From positions 68,138,001 to 68,202,000 of the forward strand of contig CM060732.1 in NCBI GenBank assembly GCA_030704615.1: a stretch of DNA of 64,000 nucleotides. The letters are read 5' to 3'. This document shows positions 38,439 to 48,196 of the stretch, piece by piece. How positions within the stretch are numbered: position 1 is the first letter of the stretch; the number at the start of each line of letters is the position of its first letter. The DNA comes from Takakia lepidozioides (Eukaryota > Plantae > Bryophyta). The notes beneath the pieces are model-generated. The model was not told the origin of the DNA. It searched no databases and saw only the letters and a program-made list of their open reading frames with translations. Made by a program: the position numbers and the translations under genes.

Positions 38439-38871
38439 GTCGAGGCCCAAGTGCGACCTCCAGGGTAGCATGTGCCTTTGGCCTTGCATGCGTGAAGAAT
38501 TGAAATCTAAGACCAAGTGCAATTGCCTATGTATCCAAGTCCTATGTCGAGGCCCAAATGCGATCTCTAGGGTAGCCTGTGCCTTTGGCCTTGCATGCGT
38601 GAAGAATTGAAATCTAAGACCAAGTGCAATTGCCTATGTATCCAAGTCCTATGTCGAGGCCCAAGTGCGACCTCCAGGGTAGCATGTGCCTTTGGCCTTG
38701 CATGCGTGAAGAATTGAAATCTAAGACCAAGTGCAATTGCCTATGTATCCAAGTCCTATGTCGAGGCCCAAATGCGATCTCTAGGGTAGCCTGTGCCTTT
38801 GGCCTTGCATGTGTGAAGAATTGAAAGCTAAGACAAGTGTAATTGCCTATGTATCCAAGTGCGTCTCCTAT
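38439..38871. repeat. Tandem array of four ~107-bp units in ABAB arrangement
   Basis: Unit starts at 38439, 38546, 38653, 38760; A has CGACCTCCAGGGTAGCATG, B has CGATCTCTAGGGTAGCCTG. Confidence 0.92.
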
Positions 38872-39789
38872 GTCGAGGCCCATCTAAGCCTAAGTGCAAT
38901 CTCCAATTCATGTACCCAAGTGCATCTCCCATGTATTGGCCCAAGTGTCCAATGTCATCGAAGCCCAAATACAATCTCCTATGTATCCAAGTACGTCTCC
39001 CATGTCAAGGCCCAAAATTTTTTTTTCCATGATTTTGTTGAGTAGTAACATTATCTATTGATATATCTCTTGTCGACACTCCAATCATTGTCCCAGGAAA
39101 GCCCACTTTGTTATTTTTCGTGAATTTCCAGTGACCGAAAGTATTTGAAATTCGACATCTCCCACACCGCAGGTCCAATGTCATCCAAGTCCAAGTGCAA
39201 TCCCCTATGCATCCACAGACCCTGCAATTTGGGAGATCTCCACGTCATTGTTCCAACAAAGCCCACTATGCTATTTTTGCAACATTTTTCCTTTGAGGCT
39301 TCATATATTGATATTTATCCATTTTGCTATTTCCATTATCTTCCTTACTCAGGTCCTCGTTCCATGTACAACCCCACCTCTCCAATGACAATGGGTTTGA
39401 CGGAGGCCCCATAGTTGACCCGACACCGCGCCGCCCCAAATAACCACCCGATCTCCCAAGAGGAACCCCTTGCCATCACTTTGGGGTTGCTTTGATGAAG
39501 AGCAAAGCCATTTGCAAGGAAGTAGATTGATACAAGGGTCATCAAAAAAACAGTGGTGGGTGAAAGTCAAAAGATCGGCCTGTCTCTTGACTTCACACTT
39601 TTCATGCGGAGACCGAGATAGGGTTTGGGGATTTTCAGCTTTTAAGTTAGAAGAGCTTCAAAACCCGATCTTGACATCATCTTTTGGAAGTAGTGGCTCT
39701 CAAATGTGGTGTGCAGATTTTCTTATAATACACGTGGCTAGTTTGGGTTGGATCCGTACATTTTCTGGATGATTTCTGGATACATGTAG

Positions 39790-39913
39790 GATGAAATCGG
39801 AATATAGAAGAGGATCAAATTGATACCATGAGGATGGTAAGAGAATAATGGGATAGAATCGGAATGTTGGAAGAGGATCAAGTTGATAATAGGAGGATGG
39901 TAAGAGAAGAATG
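39790..39913. repeat. Imperfect ~61-bp tandem duplication upstream of the WD40 gene
   Basis: AATCGGAAT...GAAGAGGATCAA.TTGATA...GAGGATGGTAAGAGAA twice. Confidence 0.7.
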
Positions 39914-40244
39914 TGGTGGAGGTTTAGGTTGCGCTGCCCCTAACTTTGCTTCTCTGCACAATCCTGTTGCGGATTGTGGGGCATTGGAGATGATCCGGAG
40001 ATTGTGCTACTGTTGATGAAGCCTGATCTAGTCTGCAGCTTGCAGTTTGAAATCTTGCAGCTCTGTGCTTGCGATGCATATTGTTGCAGATTCCACATAG
40101 GGTTTCTCACACAGTACCTCTGTAGCAGGTGACGCTGAAGATACCAGGGTGAAGGAGATGACAAGCGATTGACTGGCAACAGGGTAGGGCGACTATAAGC
40201 GAACCCACCTGTGTGTTTTGGAGGAAGCGTTTGGAAAGCGCAGG

Positions 40245-43200
40245 ATGTCAAACGAGAAAAAGATGGATTTGTATGCGCAGGAGCCACCAAAGCGCGCGGA
40301 AATTTACACTTACGAGGCACCCTGGCTCATCTATGGCATGAATTGGAGCGTCAGAAGGGACAGTAAATTTCGCCTTGGAATTGGCAGCTTCATCGAAGAT
40401 TTCAAAAATAAGGTGAAGCCCATCTCTGTACGTGTAGTGTCCTAGGGTTTAATTACAGCACAGAAACTTTTCCATCCGAACGTTGGCTACTTTGCTTGTA
40501 CGATCACGATGCAGGGCCAGCCGTAGGGTCTTAACATTGGAGTTATGAAGCTTGGCCATATATTCACAGAGATGTGGGTGACGATGTGGTTACATGTGGT
40601 TCAGCCCCATAAATCTCGCACTGAACAACGATGAGTTTGTTCCGAGTGCTGATACTGTATGCTTCTACCCTGATTTTGGAGGTAATTATACAGTCCTGAG
40701 GTGTAATACAGCTCTTAATTGAGATTGTGCATGCAGGTGGAGATTGTTCAACTGGATGATGAGACAGGCAAGTTCATGGCCGATCCCAAGCTTTCGTTCG
40801 AGCACCCATATCCGACAACCAAACTCATGTTCATCCCCGACAAGGAGGGGCAAAAGCCTGACCTTATGGCAACCACAGGAGACTTCCTGCGCATCTGGCA
40901 AATTCATGAAGACAAAGTGGAGCTTAAAAGCTTACTCAACAACAATAAAAACAGTGAATTTTGTGCTCCCTTGACTTCATTTGACTGGAACGAGTTGGAA
41001 CCCAAAAGGTTGGGAACAAGCAGTATCGACACCACCTGTACCATATGGGACATAGAGAGGGAGGTTGTCGACACACAATTGATCGCTCATGACAAAGAGG
41101 TGTATGACATTGCATGGGGAGGGGTGGGGGTTTTTGCATCAGTATCAGCTGATGGTTCTGTTCGAGTATTTGATCTACGGGATAAGGAGCACTCAACCAT
41201 TATCTATGAGAGTCCACAGCCGGACACCCCTCTTCTCCGCCTGGGCTGGAACAAGCAAGATCCACGTTACATGGCTACAATTTTGATGGATTCAACGAAG
41301 GTGGTGGTTCTGGATATTCGATACCCCACTCTGCCAGTTGCTGAACTCCAGCGACACCAAGCATGTGTCAATTCGGTGGCATGGGCCCCACACAGCTCTT
41401 GTCATATTTGCACGGCTGGGGATGATTCACAGGTATGTGGTGGCACCCTCCCACATTGTGGAGGGAGAACAAGATGTGTGCAAATTAGAAAAGTAACAAA
41501 AAGAGAGCGACATAGGGGAGGGGCTGCGGTAGCCTTTTTGTGATGAACTTGAATGTATAAATTGGACAGCAAGAATGTTGTCAGCAGACTGTGCTTGTGA
41601 TAGATAGCCTCTCCCTCTCGGGTTCTCTCCTTTGTGTTTTACTGTGTACTGTTCTAGTTGGTTGTACTCATAGGTTTGGCTGTAGCCTGTTGTTGGATGG
41701 ATTGTTCTTCAACTTGAAGGAGTTCATGAACTTTTCCTTTCGCTAGAGGGGGTTGCTGTAAGTGTATGTGGCTGTGAGGAAATCTAAGGCCGATCAGATT
41801 GTTGCCCGGGCTTTTTCGAGCTGTCAAGAGGTGGCATAGTGATGAAGCCATTACTTGAAGGTAGTCTGAGCCAGCCAGGATTCTCTAAATCCTGGTCCAT
41901 ATCTTAAATTGTATAGGTTTTTAGTTGCAGTCTTGAGTGAGCAGGTTATGCCTTCTCCAAGTTGCAATGTAGTCTTTGACATAATGCCTAGGAATACTTG
42001 TCCATATTTACTGTCTGGAGGAAATCCACAAGTCTAGACGAGGTAAGCCCGTGGGAGGGTAAGGGGCCGATGATTAAAACCAATATTTGCTACTCTTGAT
42101 GGCTATTTGCCAACTGATTACAAATATTACCACTAAGATCAATGAGGCCTTGTAATGTAACGGAATTGCTTAGTTGGAACTCCTACGAACAGTGGATGAC
42201 ACACGAATGAGGGTGAGAAATTGTGTCAATCGTACAATGAGGGACTGTGAAGAAGAGGTTAATGTGTAGCAGGGTCTAGCTGACTTGCTATCACCATGAG
42301 TACCAGCGTATACTCCTGTGTGGGTAGAGAGAGATTGTACTCATAAGACGTTGTTTGCCGTAGCCTTGTGGCCATTGACCATGTGGGTAGAGAGAGAGGG
42401 AGAGAGATAGAGTGTGTGTCTGTGTGTGTACTCATAAGATGTCGTTTGCCGGAGCCTTGTGGCCATAGACCCTGCGCCCAGTTTGAAAGAGAGACAGTAC
42501 TCTTGAGATGTTGTTTGCCATAGCCTTGTGCCATAGACCTGTGTGAGAGAGAGATAATGTACTCTCAAGACGGTATTTATCGTAGCCTTGTGGCCATAGA
42601 CCCTGCGCTTAGTTTGAGAGAGAGAATGTACGCCTAAGATGTTTGCCGTAGCCTTGTGGCCATAGAGAGAGAGAGAGAGAGAGATTGTACTCATAAGACG
42701 TTGTTTGCCGTAGCCTTGTGGCCATTGACCCCGCGCCCAGTTTGAGCGGGAACAAAAGGGACAGAACCTACCTCTGTCAGGGGCTGACGTTGGTAGTGTG
42801 ACTTACCATCATATATAGAATTAATCCGGGTTTTCCAGATATCCTCTAGAAATCCCTTCACACAAGCATCAATCTGCTGTGTGTGATTTGCCCAAAAACT
42901 AGGCCTCAGGAGGGCCTGGGCTTTTGGCTCAGCCTCGAGACTTTCAAAGTTGTTGAACAGGGGTACAGGCACAATTCCCTTGATAGAGTTGAAGAGAGCG
43001 GTCTCTTTGGTGAGAGAACCCCGGACAGTGTATCAGAAAGTGAATACTGCCTTCAGATTGCCCACAAAGCGGGCAATTGCACTCTCCCTTTCCTCTCTGC
43101 TTCTGTTTGCTGTTCGAAGGTAGGCTTCCTGCCCTGAGTTTAAATTTCAGTCTAGTGCCGAGAGTGGGTAGACCCTTGAGGTCATCCAAGATGTCCTCCC

Positions 43201-46200
43201 CCATGTCACTGACTGGAAACAAGTTCAGGGAAGTTTTCTGCCTAACTTCATTTTCATCAGACAATCTCATGGCAACAGACATGGCTGAGGACACTACAGA
43301 CTCTAAGTCAGATTTATCCAGCAGGGTCAAGGCTTGCGGATCCAGGTCCAGGTCCTTGAGAATCTCTTCTACTCTCTTCTGCCCGGACTTAGCCTGTTTG
43401 ACAGGGCGGTCCTGTTTCCAAGATATAGAGTCGATTAACTTAGGATATCTGGTGTTGGGCATATGTTGCAGCTGACCCCACCATCTGACCTTGAATTCAT
43501 CTCGTCAGGAGCTTAAGGACGGAATGCCAAACTCACCCCGAACAGCCACATTGGCTGTTTTGGAGCATGCTGACATACACTCCTTAAGCACCCCCACTTG
43601 AATGGATTCTAGAGACTTAGCCTGGTTGGAGTTATCAACCCATATAGCAGATCCGTACTCCAAGGCAGGTCTAATAACGCGACAAAGCATGGTTTTCTTA
43701 ACCTCAGAGTTGACCCCTCTGCAGTGGAAAATTTAGTGAGCCCCAGAGCTTTGCCCTTGCCAGTTTGAACAACTTTCCGGATATGTGCATCCCAATTACA
43801 ATTGGAGGAAAACTCAACGCCCAGGTAAGTGTAGGAAAGGAGGACCGGGATCTCTTGGCTACCCCACTGCCACTTAAGATCACTTCCTCCCTCTCCTCTG
43901 TCGTTGAATGCTACCACTGCACATTTGCTGACATTAGCCTCTAGCCCCCAAAGATCAAAGTATCTCTTCGTGTAATCAATCAACTCCTGGAGATTGGTTG
44001 GAGTCTCCCCTATGCCTGCGAAGTCATCCGCAAACATAAGGGCTGGTATGGTGGTATCACCCACCCTTAACCCAAATCCCTCACTTTCCACATCCTCGAG
44101 GAGTTGATTGAAAACATTGAAGAGCAGAGGGGAGAGAGTACATCCTTGAGCTACACCTTGGTCTATGTCAAAGAAGTTGGACTTCTGTCCGTTAACAGTG
44201 ACACAGCTTTTGGTGTGAGCATACAAGTTGTGGACAACTCTCCACATCTTTCCCTTGATCCCACAAGACCAGAGGTGGAACCATAGGCCATCTCTCCACA
44301 CTGTGTCATAACCCTTTTTGACATCCAGGAAAAAAACATAAGTGGGTTTCCCTTCTTTTTTCCTTCCCTGGATAATCTGGCTTAGAGTGAAGATATGATC
44401 CACACAGCCCCTGTTTCGCCGAAAGCCAGTTTGGCCTTCGTGGAAACAACCTCTAGACTCCAGATCAACCTCGAGACGAGTACTTATAACTCTGCAGAAT
44501 GTCTTGCCAACAGCATTGAGGAGCATGATGCCACGATAGTTCCCCGGTTCTTCTCTGTCACCCTTCTTGTATAGATTGACAATGACCCCCTGTCGCCAGC
44601 GAAAGGGGATCATTTCAGTCTTCCAGATAAGGTTAAAGAGGAGAACTAGGGCCTCTATCATGGGATCGCCACCGTGCTTGATAAGCTCGTTGACAATACC
44701 ATCAGGTCCACCAGCTTTATATCCATTTAAATGTTCAATTGCTTCCACAATCTCAGAAGAACTAATGGGAGCATTATAAGCCATTGAAATATACTCTAGT
44801 TCATCAGGGCTGTTTTGAATCATAGGAACAGTTTTTCCAACTGTGTCCCTCCATTCAGCAGAAGACCCCTCACTGTTAGACCTAGAAGTTCTGCCAAGGA
44901 TACTGTAGTGAGTTTCAATGTCAACCGATGAAGTCACCACTGCACCTTTAGTAGTCTTCAGCGCTTGTACTTGCTGACCGTTTTTCGGCTTGTACAAACG
45001 TTGAAGGGCCAACCAGAATTTCTTGTCATTACCACCATGGTGGTTTGAGTTTATTTCACTGTATAACTTGTCCCAGTATAATTTCTTCTGAGACCTAACA
45101 AGCTGATTGATATCCTTACGGAGCTGGTAGTACCTCGCCCACAATTCTCTGTTGGTTTCCAAATTGCAGCACTCTTTATAGAGGGCTCGTCTCTCAGCTA
45201 TCTTGAGTTTAATCTCATTGGTCCACCAATTAACTGCTCTACCGCAGACAATTAGTTTCCTCCCAATGATCTTGTCAGCCACGGAGGAAACGAAACTCTC
45301 CCAAGAGTCCACTGCTCTTTCGACTTCATTTCTTGCGTTAACAGAGCGTGACTGAAGTTCTTGGAGCGATTGGACAAAATGAGGGAGAGCCTCTTGCAAG
45401 GCCTGGACGTACTCAGCCTTGACCTCCTCATTGCATCCAGAGCATCAAACCGATTAGAAACTCTCAAGTTGAAGTCGTTGCCCTTGGTTGTCTTCCTAGA
45501 GCGCCCCATTGAATCACCAATGTCTAAGACCGCTCTCCAGCCAGTCAAGGGACGAACTTCTTTGAGATTGAATTGATGTGGGACTCTATTAGAAGCACTT
45601 TTGGTCATTGCAACCTTCAATGTACCCCTGTTATCAAGTCTCGAGATGGTACCATTAGCCATGAAATCCAAGCCTAAGCTAGAGCATGTAGTTTTAAACG
45701 ACACATCGTCCATCCTGGGATTCACCCCAAAAACTACACATGAAGCCCTAGATTTGGCATAAGTAACCAATTCCCAGGGATCACCCTGAGGAGTGTTGAT
45801 GTTGATAGGAGCTAAACTTTTGATTGTTCTCGCAGGCTATAAGTTTAAGCACAGGAACCAACCCGAGCCCGAGTATGCTAGACAGAGCATACGACTGCCC
45901 AATTTGGGCGGAGGGGCTGCCCCCAAGCGGTAGGAGTCCGCTTGTTACCATTCAGAGATCACACTCCAGGGAGTTGCAGGGAATGGCCCGTGTAGGCATA
46001 TTCTAAAGAGGGAAAGGCCCCAAGCTTTCCAACTAAATCCAATGCACTACCTTACCTGAAGCAAAGCGCTTCAGGTCGAAACAAACAAGGACACGAGGTC
46101 ACAAGGCCGGCATTTAGTCACAGAGACATTAATGTACTCCCGTATCAAGTCCACCCAATGTCAATAGGCTTCCTAGAGGACAGGGAGAGAGAGAGAGAGA

Positions 46201-46465
46201 GGGAGAGAGAGGAAGAAGGAGAGAGAGAGTGGGTGTGTGTGTGTGTTTGTATTTCAAGACCGTGCCTAATTTTCTTGCATGAAATGTTTCCTGACAGGCT
46301 TTGATATGGGATTTGTCAACAATGAGTACACCTGCAGATGGGGGACTTGATCCTATTCTGGCATACACAGCAGGAGCCGAGATCAACCAGCTACAGTGGT
46401 CGTCAACACAGCCTGACTGGGTTGCCATTGCATTCGCCAAGAAACTCCAAATTCTTCGTGTATGA
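40245..46465 (+). CDS. WD40 protein of the LWD1/2-AN11-TTG1 (DCAF7) family. Exons 40245-40412, 40737-41432, 46298-46465
   Basis: [70 protein letters not shown]|ALIWDL, LQILRV*; GT-AG junctions in frame. Confidence 0.95.
42335..42684 (-). repeat. Head-to-tail array of five ~45-60 nt LINE 3'-end mini-copies separated by (GA)n/(GT)n tracts
   Basis: Units at ~42336, 42427, 42497, 42558, 42627, each TGTACTCATAAGACGTTGTTTGCCGTAGCCTTGTGGCCAT-like; unit 1 has its own 16-bp TSD TGTGGGTAGAGAGAGA. Confidence 0.9.
42685..46184 (-). mobile_element. Long RTE/RTEX-like non-LTR retrotransposon in WD40 intron 2; frameshifted, endonuclease missing
   Basis: RT motifs [49 protein letters not shown]; RPALEYG; C-terminal CxxC..HxxxxC; flanked on both sides by (GA)n. 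Confidence 0.93.
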
Positions 46466-46542
46466 GTAGCCTAATGCAAAAAAACTCTTTATGGGTTCTT
46501 CCCTTGTACTGATGTATCTCTTTACCTTTTCTTGCACTTGAG

Positions 46543-46705
46543 CAGGCAGCCCAGTGGTTGGGAGTTTGTGCCTTGCCTGTGCATAACCAGGGTGATCCTG
46601 GGTTCAATCGTTCAACATATTCCTTGAACCGTCCATTGGGCCCTCGAAGGCCTGTGCATTGAGCCATAGGCTCTGTATATTCGCCGGACGTTAAACACAC
46701 TTTAA
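46543..46705 (+). mobile_element. tRNA-derived SINE-like element in the WD40 3' region
   Basis: A-box-like GGCAGCCCAGTGGTT and B-box-like GGGTTCAATC; ends GGACGTTAAACACAC. Confidence 0.35.
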
Positions 46706-48196
46706 CATTTATTTTTGCCTCGAGTTAATCTGGAATGGATGGTTATTTTTCCCAATCAGTCTTGCACGGCATACTGAAGTTTGAAGGACCATGTCTGAAC
46801 GTAGGGAAACAAAGCTTTGAGGGTTATATAAATCTACTTGTTACAGCTGGGGTGTGCTTTCTTGCCTTTGTCCTCAAATGGAGTTGCCCTCATGGCAAGG
46901 ATCGCAGGTGTACCAATTACAGTACCCAAGATCTTCTATGGTGTGTCCCTTTGAGTATACCTGCTACAGCTAGAAGTGAAAATTTCAAAGGAATCTTCCA
47001 TTACTTGGGATCTTCGGTGCATTGTAAAGAAACCTCAACAGATGAATCATGTGGTGGCATGAAGGTGGAGAGAGGTCCTGTCAACTCACATTAGCAAGAG
47101 AATGGTTGGCCTTCTTGGCCATTATTTCAGCCTTCCATTTGTTTTGGAAGAACAGTACAAGGTTGAATTTGGTGCTTACACTTTCCGGGGCGGAATTTAC
47201 AATACTGGCCACCTTGGATGTACTGCTACCCTCATCAGGTGAGGGTATTCATCCAACTATGCAGTCATAATGGCTGTATTCCTGTCTGAAAGATAACTCT
47301 GGGTGGGTTGTCTCTTTTCAGATCGGGCTCATGTAATGAGGTCTGTGCAACAGTGGAGTGGACTATACAAAGCCTGTGCATGCGAAGACTCACATCCGAA
47401 CATGAGTAACATCATGTGCTAGAGACTTGCAAAATGCACAGAAGTCTAACACTTTCACACATTGTGCCACACATCTCACATGATCGCATTCATATCAAGT
47501 CATGAACAGACATTGCAGCATTATTCATACCAGATGCAGTACCTACAAATTTGAAGATGTTGAGTAGTCATGCCCAATGTTATCACAACATTGTTAATGT
47601 TCGAAAAACCAAAAACCAAAAACAAGATCAACACTGGTTCTCACATCCAGTGACAAACACTAATAGAACAACTCAGAAAAACCGAGAGAAGGCTACTAAG
47701 CTTCAATCACCACTGAAAGTTAGATTAGGCTAAAGCCATGGTAGTTCCCAAGCATCCTTCAAATCCCATAGCAACCTGGAAGAACCTGCCTTCACTCACT
47801 TCCAAAAAGCAACAGCTGACTACAAGACTTCTGCTACTGTTTATTGCCGTTGACTACTACACCTTCGTGTCTAACCTCTCAAACTCAACAGGTTTTCATC
47901 TTAGATTATATGACAAGCATAGGCACCAGGGCAAGAGAATGTGGTGCAAGTAATGGAATGCAAATTCTCATATGATGAAAGGGAGACGAGGAGCTGGCTT
48001 TCATGTTCTCCTTTACCCTTTGCTGGCATCAGCTGCTAATATCATATCATGAGTGGGACAATTACTGTAATAATGAGATCCCACCGCTTGAATCCTCACA
48101 TGAGTAGTTCTTACTTTATAGCACACAATTCACTTATGAACAAATAGACAACTGAGGGCAGGGACTGAAGTCGAATAACTGTCTCACTCTAGTATG

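Noticed and set aside
39345-39570. Gene fragment upstream of the WD40 gene
   Set aside because: GC-richer patch with short ORFs but no recognisable family or splice structure
42335-42730. CRISPR array
   Set aside because: The repeats are LINE 3' termini, the spacers are microsatellites, there are no cas genes and the context is a eukaryotic intron
46050-46085. Hammerhead ribozyme (CTGAAG...GAAAC)
   Set aside because: The core is CTGAAGC rather than CTGANGA, lies within the stem and is antisense to the element
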